Notes under the pieces: model-generated | The model's input: only the letters and a program-made list of their open reading frames with translations | Told to the model about the DNA's origin: nothing | Database searches by the model: none | Source of the DNA: Candidatus Fimenecus sp. | Lineage (GTDB): Bacteria > Bacillota > Clostridia > Oscillospirales > Acutalibacteraceae | Assembly (NCBI GenBank): GCA_051881355.1 | Contig: JBJEPS010000078.1 | Span: 34,475-98,474, forward strand | Direction of reading: 5' to 3' | Length of the DNA stretch: 64,000 bases | Shown: in pieces, positions 35,387 to 45,990 of the stretch | How positions within the stretch are numbered: position 1 is the stretch's first letter | Layout of the letters: every line of letters starts with the position of its first letter | Program-made: the position numbers and the translations under genes

Positions 35387-35973
35387 AGCTCAACACCCCC
35401 AATAAACTGACCATTGCGCGTATTATCATTACCCCCATTTATTTGGCGCTGATTTTATGGGAATCGCTCCCGCACCGCTTCTTGATTGCCACGCTTGTGT
35501 ATTCGATTGCGGCGATTACCGACGCGATTGACGGTAAGCTCGCGCGCAAAAACAATCAAATTACCAATTTCGGCAAGCTCTTAGACCCGATTGCCGACAA
35601 GATTTTAACCACCTCGGCATTGCTTGCGTTTATGCAAATGGGGCTTTGCAACATTTGGATTGTGATGATTGTTTTAACAAGAGAATTCACCGTCGCGTCC
35701 ATTCGTATGATTGCCGCCGCCGACGGAGTGGTGATTCCCGCCAACATTTGGGGCAAGCTCAAAACCGTCAGCCAAATGACCTTTACCATTGTGATTATGC
35801 TGCTCGGCGAAGTGTATGCTTTACTGGCAGTCTACAATCCCGTTGGGTACGAAAAAATGCCGTCTTTGGCGCTGATTTCCAATATTCTTTTGTGGATTAC
35901 GGCGATTTTGACGGTGATTTCGGGCGTGATTTATGTGATTGACAGCAAAAAAGTGATTGATTACACAAAATAA
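35383..35973 (+). CDS. pgsA: CDP-diacylglycerol--glycerol-3-phosphate 3-phosphatidyltransferase
   Basis: CDP-alcohol phosphotransferase motif DAIDGKLAR...G..LDPIADK. Confidence 0.92.
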   Translation: MKLNTPNKLTIARIIITPIYLALILWESLPHRFLIATLVYSIAAITDAIDGKLARKNNQITNFGKLLDPIADKILTTSALLAFMQMGLCNIWIVMIVLTREFTVASIRMIAAADGVVIPANIWGKLKTVSQMTFTIVIMLLGEVYALLAVYNPVGYEKMPSLALISNILLWITAILTVISGVIYVIDSKKVIDYTK

Positions 35974-36011
35974 TGGTGCATTTTTTCGCACTTTGTGCTA
36001 TACTGTAATAG

Positions 36012-36260
36012 TGAATTGCTTTGACGGAGAAAAGTAGCAGAAACTTTCCTTTGCAGAGAGAGCGCGTCACGGGCTGAAAGCGCGCTTAAAGTCGGTTTTT
36101 GCAAAATGCCCTCCCGAGCAGGCAAGGGGAACCGCATTGTCGAAGTATCCTTGTCCGTTTGCCGCGTTAAGGCGTATTGAGTAACAAATGCGAAGTGGAA
36201 CCGCGAATTTTTCGCCTTCGCTGTCCGTCTTTTCGGGCAGTGTGGGCGTTTTGCTTTTTT
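36012..36260 (+). promoter_or_regulatory. T-box leader (Cys specifier) with terminator/antiterminator
   Basis: Preceded by an extended -10 TGCTATACT (35996..36004). The Stem I base GA motif reads TGACGGAGAAAAGTAG. There is an AGAGA bulge and a distal loop GGGCTGAAAG. The candidate specifier is UGC followed by A at 36110..36113. The T-box sequence AGTGGAACCGCG lies at 36194..36205. A 15-bp terminator hairpin at 36213..36248 is followed by TTTTGCTTTTTT. Confidence 0.85.
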
Positions 36261-36282
36261 AGAGTATTTTGGAGGAGTCCGA

Positions 36283-36933
36283 ATGTTTGAACGCTTAAAA
36301 GAGGATATTGCCGCCGTCAAAGAGCGCGACCCTGCGGCGACCTCTACGTTACAGATTTTATTGCTGTACCCGGGGCTTAAAGCGATTCGTATGCATCGCC
36401 GCGCGAATTGGCTTTGGCGGCACAACCACAAGTTTTGGGCACGGTATGTATCCCAACGCGCCGCGCGCAAAACCGGCATTGAAATCCACCCTGCCGCAAC
36501 CATCGGCAGACGGTTTTTCATTGACCACGGCACAGGGGTTGTCATCGGCGAAACCGCTGAAATCGGCGACGATGTTACGATTTATCAGGGAGTGACCTTG
36601 GGCGGCACGGGAAAGGATACCGGCAAGCGCCACCCGACCATCGGCAACGGTGTGATGATTGGCGCAGGGGCAAAGGTCTTAGGTCCGTTTAAGGTCGGCG
36701 ATAATTCCAATATTGCCGCAGGCGCCGTGGTGCTGGAGGAAATTCCGCCCGATTGTACCGCCGTGGGCGTACCCGCGCGTGTGGTCAAGCGCAACGGCTT
36801 GCGTGTTGACAGCCTCGACCAGGTGCATATTCCCGACCCTGTTTCCCAAGAGCTTTGCCGTATGCGTGTACAGGTGGAACGCCTGCAAAAAGAATTGAAT
36901 ACGTATAAGAATACTGAAAATAAAGGAGAATAA
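36283..36933 (+). CDS. cysE: serine O-acetyltransferase
   Basis: Hexapeptide-repeat LbH region ([31 protein letters not shown]...). Confidence 0.93.
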   Translation: MFERLKEDIAAVKERDPAATSTLQILLLYPGLKAIRMHRRANWLWRHNHKFWARYVSQRAARKTGIEIHPAATIGRRFFIDHGTGVVIGETAEIGDDVTIYQGVTLGGTGKDTGKRHPTIGNGVMIGAGAKVLGPFKVGDNSNIAAGAVVLEEIPPDCTAVGVPARVVKRNGLRVDSLDQVHIPDPVSQELCRMRVQVERLQKELNTYKNTENKGE

Positions 36934-36936
36934 ACC

Positions 36937-38334
36937 ATGCGCATTTACAATACGCTTACGAGAAAAAAAGAGGAACTCCAAACCATCACACCCGGAGAGG
37001 TCAAAATTTACGCCTGCGGACCGACGGTGTATAACTTTATTCATATTGGCAACGCCCGTCCGCTTTGCGTGTTTGATACCTTCCGGCGCTATCTCGAATA
37101 CCGTGGCTACAAGGTGAATTTTGTGCAGAATTTCACCGATATTGATGACAAAATCATTAAACGCGCCAACGAAGAGGGTACGGACTACAAAACCGTTTCC
37201 GAGAAATATATCGAGGAATTTTGGACAGATGTGAAGGGTATGAATATCCGCGAGGCGACCGTGCACCCCAAAGCCACCGAAAATATCGATGAGATTATTT
37301 CGATTATTTCTACGCTTGTGGAAAAGGGTTATGCGTATCCCGTGGAAAACGGCGACGTGTATTTCAGTCCCAAAAAGTTTAAAGAGTATGGCAAGCTGTC
37401 GCACCAGCCACTCGAAGATTTGGAAGCGGGTGCGCGCATCAACATCGGAGAACTCAAAAAAGAACCGATGGATTTTGCCCTTTGGAAAGGCGCAAAGCCC
37501 GGCGAGCCCGCGTGGGATTCGCCGTGGGGTAAGGGCAGACCCGGCTGGCACATCGAGTGCTCGGCAATGGTGCGGCGCTATCTCGGTGACACAATTGACA
37601 TACACTGCGGCGGGCAGGATTTGATTTTTCCGCACCACGAAAACGAAATTGCGCAAAGCGAGTGCTGCAACGGCGTACCGTTTGCAAAGTATTGGATGCA
37701 TAACGGCTATATCAATGTCGATAATGTTAAAATGTCCAAATCCTTAGGGAATTTCTTCACCGTGCGCGACGTTGCCGAAAAGTACGGCTATGAGCCGATT
37801 CGGTATTTGATGATTTCTTCCCAGTACAGAAGTCCCATCAATTACAGCGTGGATATTATCGAACAATGTAAAGCGTCCTTAGTGCGCCTATATACCTGCC
37901 GTGACAGTCTCGATTTCGCGCTGAAAAATGCGGTGGATACCGTTCCCGATAATGCAGAGGAAATCAAAAAGCAACTCGACAGCCGCCGCGAGCAGTTTTG
38001 CAAAGCGATGGACGATGACTTAAACACCGCCGACGGGATTGCCGCCGTATTCGAATTGGTGCGTGATATCAATGTTTCGGTGCTGGAGTCCGGCTCAAAA
38101 GACCTTGTTGACTATGCAACCAAGTTGTTTGACGAGCTGACGGGCGTTTTGGGGCTGGTCTACAACCGTAAAGCTGAAACCCTTGACAGTGAAATTGAAT
38201 CGTTAATTGAAGCGCGTCAAGAAGCGCGCAAAGCGAAAAATTGGGCAGAGGCGGACCGTATCCGCGATGCGTTAAAAGCACAGGGCATTCTTTTGGAGGA
38301 TACGCCGCAGGGCGTGAAATGGCACCGCGCGTAA
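36937..38334 (+). CDS. cysS: cysteine--tRNA ligase
   Basis: HIGNARP (HIGH) and KMSKSLGN (KMSKS), 465 aa. Confidence 0.97.
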   Translation: MRIYNTLTRKKEELQTITPGEVKIYACGPTVYNFIHIGNARPLCVFDTFRRYLEYRGYKVNFVQNFTDIDDKIIKRANEEGTDYKTVSEKYIEEFWTDVKGMNIREATVHPKATENIDEIISIISTLVEKGYAYPVENGDVYFSPKKFKEYGKLSHQPLEDLEAGARINIGELKKEPMDFALWKGAKPGEPAWDSPWGKGRPGWHIECSAMVRRYLGDTIDIHCGGQDLIFPHHENEIAQSECCNGVPFAKYWMHNGYINVDNVKMSKSLGNFFTVRDVAEKYGYEPIRYLMISSQYRSPINYSVDIIEQCKASLVRLYTCRDSLDFALKNAVDTVPDNAEEIKKQLDSRREQFCKAMDDDLNTADGIAAVFELVRDINVSVLESGSKDLVDYATKLFDELTGVLGLVYNRKAETLDSEIESLIEARQEARKAKNWAEADRIRDALKAQGILLEDTPQGVKWHRA

Positions 38335-38365
38335 TTTGCGGTGACAGAAAGCGAAGGAGGACTTT

Positions 38366-39412
38366 ATGGAAGTTTTAAACAGAGCCGCAATTAAAGCGGA
38401 CGCACGTAATTTTATCGGGCAAAACCGCCGCTGGCTTACGATGGCGCTTGCCTGTTTGCCGCTGTTTTTGCTGTCAGGCGCCATTTCCGGCGGGGTTACG
38501 GTTTTACAGCAGGTCTCACAGGACGGCGATGTGCAGTACACCGCTTCTGTCGGAAGTAATATCATTGCGTGGTTGCTTATCCCGTTTACCGTAGCCTTGG
38601 CAGGGTATTATTTAAACCAAATTCGCGGCTTTCATCCGACTTGGCAAAGTCTATATAAAGAGGGGTTAGACCGCTACGGCAAGTATTTCGCCGTTGGGCT
38701 TATGACGCAGATTATCATCGGCTTGTGGACCTTGTTGTTTGTTGTTCCGGGGATTATCAAAGCCTATGAATATCGCTTTGTGCACAATATTATTCACGAC
38801 AATCCGAATTTGTCTCAAAGCCAGGCACGAAATTTGAGCAGCCGTATGACCGACGGATTTAAAACGGATTTATTTGTGTTGGATTTGAGCTTTATTTTGT
38901 GGTATATGCTGACAGGCATTACCTGCGGGCTTGCGGCATTCTATGTTGTGCCGTATGTGCAAACCACACAGGCAATGTATTATGAAAATCTAAAGAGCTA
39001 TGCGATTTCGTCGGGCAAAGCCGCACCCGAGGAATTCGGTTTGATGCCCATACCGCCGTACGGCGCACAGCCGCCTTTTGCGGGGCAGCCCTATGCGCAA
39101 AATCCGCAGGCGCCGTATTCGGCAAATCCCTATGCACAGCAAAATCCCTACACGGCAAATCCGTATGCGCAAAATGCACCGTATACGGCAGGGCAAGCAC
39201 CCTATACGGCAAATCCTTTTGACGGCGTACCGCATGCCCCTTATACGGATCCGAACGCGCCCGCAGCAAACGCACCGATGGGGGAGAGCGTACAGCCGCC
39301 CTTTACCCCGCCTGCACCCGAAAGCACCTTTGTGCCGGGCGAGGATGTACCGACTTCGGACGAAACCGTTTTCAACGGCGAAGAAACGGACGAGGATAAA
39401 CAAGATTTCTAA
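38366..39412 (+). CDS. DUF975-family membrane protein with a Pro/Tyr/Ala/Gln-rich repetitive C-terminal tail
   Basis: DUF975-like N-terminus and TM helices. The tail carries degenerate NPYAQ/APYTA repeats at about 39060..39260. Confidence 0.8.
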   Translation: MEVLNRAAIKADARNFIGQNRRWLTMALACLPLFLLSGAISGGVTVLQQVSQDGDVQYTASVGSNIIAWLLIPFTVALAGYYLNQIRGFHPTWQSLYKEGLDRYGKYFAVGLMTQIIIGLWTLLFVVPGIIKAYEYRFVHNIIHDNPNLSQSQARNLSSRMTDGFKTDLFVLDLSFILWYMLTGITCGLAAFYVVPYVQTTQAMYYENLKSYAISSGKAAPEEFGLMPIPPYGAQPPFAGQPYAQNPQAPYSANPYAQQNPYTANPYAQNAPYTAGQAPYTANPFDGVPHAPYTDPNAPAANAPMGESVQPPFTPPAPESTFVPGEDVPTSDETVFNGEETDEDKQDF

Positions 39413-39429
39413 AATGCGGAGGCTTTTTC

Positions 39430-40644
39430 ATGAAATATGTAGTTGTATTATGTGACGGTATGGCGGACTATCCCGTCCCCGCCTTAGGGGGCAAAACCCC
39501 GATGATGTGCGCAAACAAGCCCCATATCGACGCGCTTGCGCAAAAAGGCGAGGTCGGGCTTGTACGCACGGTTGCCGCAGGGTTAAAGCCCGGCAGTGAC
39601 GTAGCCAATATGAGCGTGCTGGGCTTTGACCCGAAACAGTATTATACGGGGCGTTCGCCCTTGGAGGCGGCAAGCATCGGCGTGGATTTGAAAGATACCG
39701 ATGTAACCTTGCGCACCAATTTGGTCACCCTGTCCGATGCGCCGAATTACGAGGAAAAAACCATGGTGGACTATTGTGCGGGCGATATTTCCACCGCCGA
39801 GGCTGCCGAGATTATGCAAGATGTCGAAGCGCATTTCGGCAACGAAATATTCAAGTTTTATGCGGGCGTCAGTTACCGCCATTGCCTTGTGTGGGCAAAC
39901 GGGACAACCGACCTCGGCAATATGACGCCTCCGCACGATATTTCGGGGCGCGTGGTCGGCGAATATCTTTCCAAATCCGAAAACGCCAAGCCGCTTATCC
40001 AAATGATGAAAGACAGTTATGCGTTTTTGTCCGAACACCCCGTTAACAAACAGCGTGTGGCTGAGGGCAAACGCCCTGCAAACTCCATTTGGATGTGGGG
40101 CGAGGGCAAAAAGCCGATGTTGCCCGCATTTTCCGATGTGTACGGCAAAAAAGGCGCAATCGTTTCTGCAGTTGACTTGTTAAAAGGCATTGCAAAATGT
40201 GCCAAAATGGAAGCACCAGAGGTCAAGGGCGCGACAGGCTACATTGATACGAATTTCGAGGGCAAAGCACACGCCGCGGTGGACGCACTGAAAAACGGCT
40301 GTGATTTTGTTTACATACATTTGGAAGCGCCTGACGAGTGCGGGCATCGTAATGAGCCTGAGAATAAGGTGAAAGCGATTGAAATGATTGACAGCCGCGT
40401 GTTGCCGATTGTGCTCGATGGCTTAAAAGAAATCGGGGAGGACTACAAAATTATGATTTTGCCCGACCACCCCACACCGATTGTCACCCAAACCCACGCC
40501 GCCGACCCCGTGCCGTATTTGATTTATCACAAAGCGAACGAAAAACAGGGCGTGGAAACCGTCAACGAGGAAACCGCGAAAAATACGGGTGTTTTCATTG
40601 AAAACGGACCCGATATTATGCGGAAATTTTTGGAGGAAGAATAA
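39430..40644 (+). CDS. cofactor-independent phosphoglycerate mutase family protein (ApgM-like)
   Basis: MKYVVVLCDGMADYP... and HLEAPDECGH motifs of the alkaline-phosphatase-superfamily ApgM type. Confidence 0.85.
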   Translation: MKYVVVLCDGMADYPVPALGGKTPMMCANKPHIDALAQKGEVGLVRTVAAGLKPGSDVANMSVLGFDPKQYYTGRSPLEAASIGVDLKDTDVTLRTNLVTLSDAPNYEEKTMVDYCAGDISTAEAAEIMQDVEAHFGNEIFKFYAGVSYRHCLVWANGTTDLGNMTPPHDISGRVVGEYLSKSENAKPLIQMMKDSYAFLSEHPVNKQRVAEGKRPANSIWMWGEGKKPMLPAFSDVYGKKGAIVSAVDLLKGIAKCAKMEAPEVKGATGYIDTNFEGKAHAAVDALKNGCDFVYIHLEAPDECGHRNEPENKVKAIEMIDSRVLPIVLDGLKEIGEDYKIMILPDHPTPIVTQTHAADPVPYLIYHKANEKQGVETVNEETAKNTGVFIENGPDIMRKFLEEE

Positions 40645-41919
40645 ATGCAGGATTACGCGATTGAAACCAAGTGTGTGCAGTGCGGGTACAGCCCCAAAAA
40701 CGGCGAGCCGCGCGTACTGCCGATTTACCAAAGCACAACCTATAAATATGATACCAGCGAAGCGATGGCAAAGCTGTTCGATTTAGAGCCCGGGTATATG
40801 TATACTCGCCTTGCTAACCCCACCAATGATGCGGTCGCCGCAAAAATTACCGCGCTCGAGGGCGGTGTTGCGGGCGTGCTGACCTCTTCGGGGCAGGCGG
40901 CAAATTTCTTTGCGCTGATTAACATTCTCGGCGCGGGCGACCATTTGGTCTCCGCGGCGACGATTTACGGCGGCACATTTAACCTGTTTAATGTGACCAT
41001 GCGCAAAATCGGCGTTGAGGTCACCTTTGTTGACCCGAACGCGAGCGAGGAAGAGCTTGCGGCGGCTTTCCGTCCGAATACCAAGGCAATGTTCGGCGAA
41101 ACGATTGCAAATCCGTCTTTGGATATTCTCGATATTGAAAAGTTTGCCCGCGTTGCCCACGCGCACGGCGTGCCGCTTGTAGTGGATAACACTTTTCCCA
41201 CGCCGATTAATTGCCGCCCGTTCGAATTCGGTGCGGATATTGTCACGCACTCTACGACCAAATATATGGAGGGGCACGCCACCACCATCGGCGGCGCGGT
41301 GATTGACAGTGGCAATTTCGATTGGGAACAAAACGACAAGTTCCCGGGGCTTACCACACCTGATGAAAGCTACCACGGTGCGGTATATACCCGTGATTTC
41401 GGTAAAGCGGGGTATATTACCAAAATCGTTGCCCAGCTTTTGCGCGATTACGGCTCTACGCCCTCGCCGCAAAACAGTTTTTATTTGAATTTGGGGCTGG
41501 AAACGCTTGCACTGCGCGTGGAACGCCATTGCGAAAATGCGCAAACGGTTGCCGAGTACCTCGCACAGAACGACAAAATTTCGTGGGTGAATTATCCGGG
41601 TCTTCCCGACAATAAATACCATGCCCTCGCAAAGAAGTATATGCCTAACGGCACCTGCGGCGTGATTTCGTTCGGGGTAAAGGGCGGTAGAGCCGCGGCA
41701 GAAAAGTTTATGAATTCCTTAAAGCTTGCCGCGATTGTAACGCACGTTGCCGACGCGCGTACCTGCGTATTACACCCCGCGTCTTCCACACATCGCCAGC
41801 TTTCCGACAAAGAACTGGTTGAATGCGGCGTAACGCCCGATTTAATTCGTCTATCTGTCGGCATTGAAAATGTCAAGGATATTTTAGCCGACATTGAGCA
41901 GGCTTTGCAGACACTGTAA
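40645..41919 (+). CDS. metY: O-acetylhomoserine/O-acetylserine sulfhydrylase (PLP, Cys/Met metabolism family)
   Basis: 424 aa with the PLP-lysine context HSTTKYMEGH. It starts immediately after the ApgM-like gene stop. Confidence 0.9.
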   Translation: MQDYAIETKCVQCGYSPKNGEPRVLPIYQSTTYKYDTSEAMAKLFDLEPGYMYTRLANPTNDAVAAKITALEGGVAGVLTSSGQAANFFALINILGAGDHLVSAATIYGGTFNLFNVTMRKIGVEVTFVDPNASEEELAAAFRPNTKAMFGETIANPSLDILDIEKFARVAHAHGVPLVVDNTFPTPINCRPFEFGADIVTHSTTKYMEGHATTIGGAVIDSGNFDWEQNDKFPGLTTPDESYHGAVYTRDFGKAGYITKIVAQLLRDYGSTPSPQNSFYLNLGLETLALRVERHCENAQTVAEYLAQNDKISWVNYPGLPDNKYHALAKKYMPNGTCGVISFGVKGGRAAAEKFMNSLKLAAIVTHVADARTCVLHPASSTHRQLSDKELVECGVTPDLIRLSVGIENVKDILADIEQALQTL

Positions 41920-41943
41920 AGCATAAAAAGAGAGGGAGAGAAA

Positions 41944-43098
41944 ATGCGTAAAACGAAAAAAACCGTCGTGAAGGTATTGGCTGTGCTGTTGGCAATTTTG
42001 CTGACGGTGGCGATTGTCCTCGGCATTTTGTGGTTCCCCGTCAAGGGCGAAGCAAACAACGAGTTTTGGCTTTCGAGCGACACCTATCGTTTAGAGGACA
42101 CGATTACGATGCAAAAAGAGCCGGGGAAGGACTTTAAAATCCTGAATCTTGCCGATATTCAGTACAACGATACGCTGGACATTGGACAGCGAAAGTATAC
42201 TGAGGAAACCATTCGGCAATTGATTGAAGAGACACAGCCCGATTTAATCACTATGACGGGCGACCAGGTTTGGGCAGCGTTCCAAAAGCAGTCTCAGAAG
42301 GATTTAATCAAATTTATGGATTCATTCGGGATTCCGTGGGCGCCTGTGTTCGGCAACCACGACGGCGAGGGTAATGCCGACAAAAACTGGCTTGCCGACC
42401 GCTACATAGAGTCCGAATACTGTCTGTTCCAAAAAGGTCCGAACAACATCGGCGGCACGGGCAATTATATCATCAATATTATGGAGGGCGACAAAATCGT
42501 CCAGTCGCTTATCTTTATGGATTCGGGCTCTTGGCGTGGGTATGACGGTATGCCCGAGGAGCGTAAAATGATTGCCGATGCGATTGACAATGACACGCAG
42601 GAATACATACTCAATGACGACGGCACGCGTAAGCAAGATGCGTTCGGCACAGGCTATGAATTTATCAGCGAAAGCCAAATTGCGTGGTACAAATGGGCAG
42701 TTGAGGGTGCAAAACAGGTGAACGGCGGTGAAGCGACGGAGTCCATTTTGTTCTTCCATATTGCTCTGCCCGAATATTACAACGCGTATCTGCAATGGAA
42801 AGACAGCGGCTATGACAGTGCAATGGGCTTCGGCGAAAAGCGCGAGACGGTTTGCTGTCCGAGTGTGAATTCGGGTATGTTTTCTGTGATAAAAGACCTC
42901 GGCAGCACCAAAAATGTGGTGGTGGGGCATGACCATGTGAACAACTATTCCGTGCTGTATGAGGGTGTGCGCTTAACCTACGCCTTAAAAACGGGCGACC
43001 GTTGCTATGCCGACGACGATTTGAACGGCGGCACAGTGCTCACAATTACCGATACCGGCGTGACGACTGAGCATAAATACGTCATGATTGAAAAATAA
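41944..43098 (+). CDS. membrane-anchored metallophosphoesterase
   Basis: N-terminal TM helix, then LADIQY, GDQV, GNHD, HIALPE and VGHDH motifs. Confidence 0.8.
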   Translation: MRKTKKTVVKVLAVLLAILLTVAIVLGILWFPVKGEANNEFWLSSDTYRLEDTITMQKEPGKDFKILNLADIQYNDTLDIGQRKYTEETIRQLIEETQPDLITMTGDQVWAAFQKQSQKDLIKFMDSFGIPWAPVFGNHDGEGNADKNWLADRYIESEYCLFQKGPNNIGGTGNYIINIMEGDKIVQSLIFMDSGSWRGYDGMPEERKMIADAIDNDTQEYILNDDGTRKQDAFGTGYEFISESQIAWYKWAVEGAKQVNGGEATESILFFHIALPEYYNAYLQWKDSGYDSAMGFGEKRETVCCPSVNSGMFSVIKDLGSTKNVVVGHDHVNNYSVLYEGVRLTYALKTGDRCYADDDLNGGTVLTITDTGVTTEHKYVMIEK

Positions 43099-43110
43099 AG
43101 CAAAAACGAA

Positions 43111-43135
43111 AAGGCGGGGAATATTTCCCCGCCTT
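43111..43135. terminator. bidirectional intrinsic terminator
   Basis: AAGGCGGGGA-atat-TTCCCCGCCTT, with an A-rich tract upstream (CGAAAA; on the minus strand TTTTCGTTTTT follows the hairpin) and a T-rich tract downstream. It lies between convergent genes. Confidence 0.8.
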
Positions 43136-43159
43136 TGCTGTATCCTGTATTTGCAACGG

Positions 43160-44077
43160 TCAGTTTTTCTCTTTTAAACTACTGCCCAAAACATCGGAGG
43201 TCTCCGAAATCGTAATGAACGCCGATGGGTCAATGGCGGATACAATGCCTTTCAGTTTTGCAATTTGAAATCGGTTTACAACGAAATAGATAACCGATCG
43301 CGCGGTACCCGAATAATATCCGGTTGCCGGAATTTGGGTAATGCCGTATCCGAATGTCTCGCTGAGTGCTTTGCAGATTTCCGTCTCCTTTTCCGTAACA
43401 ATCATAACGGATTTAGCCTTGTCAAGCCCTTCTACAATAAAGTCTACCGCTTTAATGGCAACGGCATAGGTGATAATGGAGTACAAAGGAAGTGCCCAGC
43501 TTCGGAACACACAGCCGATTACAAGGTATAGAATCACATTATATATCATTACAAAAGTTCCGACGGTCATATTGAGTTTTTTAGAAAAGATAACCGCCAT
43601 GACTTCTACCCCGTCAATCGCCCCGCCGTACCGAATGGTAAGACCGCTCCCGACGCCGGAAATCAGCCCGCCGAATACGGCGCACAAAATCAAGTCTTTC
43701 CCTGCAAAAGGGGAGGCGGAAGCCACATCGACCGGCAGAATGTCTGTAATCAAAAAGGATGCACCCGAATATATGATAACTGCCCAAAGGGAGTATATTG
43801 TAAATTGCAGTCCCTGCTTTTTCAACCCGAACAGGAACAGCGGAATATTCAGTACAATCAGAAACAAGGAAAGATTTAAGTAATCGGGTGTCACCTGCCA
43901 CAACAGCATGGAAGTCCCCGAAATACCGCTGTCATACAAATGAACCGGTGCCAAAAACATAGTCACGCCGACTGCATTGATGCATCCTGCAAAAAACAGA
44001 ATGATAAAGTTTTTCATTCTCAACCCACTTAAATTGTTTTTCAACTTGTTTTTAATATGTGCTGTTTTTTTGCTCAT
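43160..44077 (-). CDS. YitT-family membrane protein (DUF2179), second paralogue
   Basis: The start is set at the ATG at 44077 (AAGGAGG 6 nt upstream). TM helices are followed by the DUF2179-like C-terminus ...AFITISETSDVLG. Confidence 0.85.
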   Translation of the reverse strand: MSKKTAHIKNKLKNNLSGLRMKNFIILFFAGCINAVGVTMFLAPVHLYDSGISGTSMLLWQVTPDYLNLSLFLIVLNIPLFLFGLKKQGLQFTIYSLWAVIIYSGASFLITDILPVDVASASPFAGKDLILCAVFGGLISGVGSGLTIRYGGAIDGVEVMAVIFSKKLNMTVGTFVMIYNVILYLVIGCVFRSWALPLYSIITYAVAIKAVDFIVEGLDKAKSVMIVTEKETEICKALSETFGYGITQIPATGYYSGTARSVIYFVVNRFQIAKLKGIVSAIDPSAFITISETSDVLGSSLKEKN

Positions 44078-44300
44078 TGGCGCCTCCTTAAAATATGTGG
44101 TCTGTTTTTTTATTTTACCATATTGTTCCGCGAATTGCAAATTTATTGCCGCAGGAATGCCGCACACGGTGAGACTTTACGGCGCATATGTGGGTTCCTC
44201 TTCATCGTCTTGTAAGGCGCGAAAAATAAATCTTGCAAAATCAACCATATGCGCATAAAATAGTAAGTAATTCGTTTTATCACTTTCAGGAGGCAAAAAT

Positions 44301-45968
44301 ATGAAATTACGCAGTGACAACATTTTGAACGGCGTGGAACGTGCGCCGAACCGCAGCCTGTTTTATGCAATGGGCTATACAAAGGAAGAATTGGAACGCC
44401 CGTTAATCGGCATTGTCTCCGCGCACAGCGAAATTGTGCCCGGGCATTTTCATTTGGACAAGCTGACCGAAGCGGTCAAGGCGGGCGTGCGTATGGCGGG
44501 CGGTACGCCGATTATGGTGCCTGCCATCGGTGTTTGCGACGGGATTGCGATGGGGCACATCGGTATGAAGTACTCTCTGCCCTCCCGCGAGTTAATTGCC
44601 GACAGCGTCGAAACCATGGCAATGGCGCACGGCTTTGACGGGCTGGTGCTTGTACCGAACTGCGACAAAATTGTACCCGGTATGCTGTTGGGCGCGCTTC
44701 GCATCAATATTCCGACGGTGGTTTGTTCGGGCGGACCGATGATGTCGGGTCTTGTGGACGGTGTGGAAACCTCGCTTTCCAAAATGTTTGAAGCCGTCGG
44801 CGCACGCAAAGCGAATATGATTGACGACGAAAAACTTTGTGAATTTGAAAATAACACCTGTCCGGGGTGCGGCTCCTGCTCAGGTATGTATACCGCCAAC
44901 AGCATGAACTGCCTTTGTGAGTCCTTGGGCATTGCACTCCCCGGCAACGGCACCATCCCCGCCGTGCACGCCGGCAGAACCCAGCTTGCAAAACACGCCG
45001 GTATGGCGATTATGCATTTGGTTGAAAATGACATCAAAGCGCGCGACATTATCAACGAAAAATCCCTGCGCAACGCCTTAGCTTGTGATATGGCGCTGGG
45101 TTGCTCTTCAAATTCCGTGCTGCATTTGCTTGCCATCGCCAAAGAGGCAGGCTGCCCGATGGATTTAAAGACCTTTAATGAGATGAGTGCAAAAGTGCCG
45201 AACCTTTGCCACTTAGCGCCCGCAGGTCCTACCCATATGCATGACCTCAACAACGCAGGCGGCGTACCTGCCGTGCAGGCGGAGCTCGCCAAACGCGGCT
45301 TGCTCGATTTGTCGCTCTTGACCGTGACGGGCAAAACCGTCGGCGAAAATATTGAGGGTGCGTATATTAAAAATACCGACGCCATTCGCCCGATTGACAA
45401 TCCGTACAGCGAAACGGGCGGTATCGCGATTTTGTGGGGCAATATTGCCAAAGACGGCTGTGTTGTGAAACGCAGTGCGGTTGCCCCCGAAATGTTGGTG
45501 CATTCCGGTCCCGCACGTGTGTTTGACAGCGAGGACGAGGCGATTGCTTCGATTTATGCAGGCAAAATCAAAGACGGCGATGTTGTGGTTATCCGTTACG
45601 AAGGTCCTGTGGGCGGCCCCGGAATGCGTGAAATGCTCAATCCAACCTCGGCTTTGGCAGGTATGAAGCTTGACAAAACCGTGGCGCTGATTACCGACGG
45701 GCGTTTTTCGGGTGCGTCGCGCGGCGCATCTATCGGGCATGTTGCGCCTGAGGCGGCTTGCGGCGGCGAAATCGGTCTTATCGAGGAAGGCGACATCATT
45801 GACATCGACATTCCGAACGCATCTGTCAATGTCCGTGTTTCCGATGAAGAATTGGCAAAGCGCAAAGCTGCTTATGCCCCGCATGAGCCGAAAGTCAAAA
45901 GCGGCTGGCTTGCACGCTATACCGCCATGGTTTCCTCTGCAAAAGACGGCGCGGTTATGAAGCTATAA
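44301..45968 (+). CDS. ilvD: dihydroxy-acid dehydratase
   Basis: 555 aa with CDKIVPGML and [15 protein letters not shown] cluster motifs. Confidence 0.97.
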   Translation: MKLRSDNILNGVERAPNRSLFYAMGYTKEELERPLIGIVSAHSEIVPGHFHLDKLTEAVKAGVRMAGGTPIMVPAIGVCDGIAMGHIGMKYSLPSRELIADSVETMAMAHGFDGLVLVPNCDKIVPGMLLGALRINIPTVVCSGGPMMSGLVDGVETSLSKMFEAVGARKANMIDDEKLCEFENNTCPGCGSCSGMYTANSMNCLCESLGIALPGNGTIPAVHAGRTQLAKHAGMAIMHLVENDIKARDIINEKSLRNALACDMALGCSSNSVLHLLAIAKEAGCPMDLKTFNEMSAKVPNLCHLAPAGPTHMHDLNNAGGVPAVQAELAKRGLLDLSLLTVTGKTVGENIEGAYIKNTDAIRPIDNPYSETGGIAILWGNIAKDGCVVKRSAVAPEMLVHSGPARVFDSEDEAIASIYAGKIKDGDVVVIRYEGPVGGPGMREMLNPTSALAGMKLDKTVALITDGRFSGASRGASIGHVAPEAACGGEIGLIEEGDIIDIDIPNASVNVRVSDEELAKRKAAYAPHEPKVKSGWLARYTAMVSSAKDGAVMKL

Positions 45969-45990
45969 GCTTTTTGGGGGAGAGGAAGAT

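Noticed and set aside
36679-37701. 340-aa ORF antisense to cysS, plus the 194-aa ORF at 35961..36545 across the T-box leader
   Set aside because: The sense strand encodes CysS with HIGH/KMSKS motifs. The second ORF runs through a recognisable T-box RNA and the cysE start.
40783-41622. 279-aa ORF antisense to metY
   Set aside because: The sense frame has the PLP-enzyme motifs. The antisense frame has no independent signals.
44143-44258. Possible leader peptide or attenuator upstream of ilvD (ORF MPHTVRLYGAYVGSSSSSCK...)
   Set aside because: There is no run of Ile/Val/Leu codons. It lies upstream of the best promoter candidate (TTGCAA-17-TAAAAT at about 44231), and no T-box or terminator is evident.
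44450-45884. Antisense ORFs within ilvD (44450..45451 and 45213..45884)
   Set aside because: The sense frame is a full-length dihydroxy-acid dehydratase. The antisense frames are compositional artefacts.
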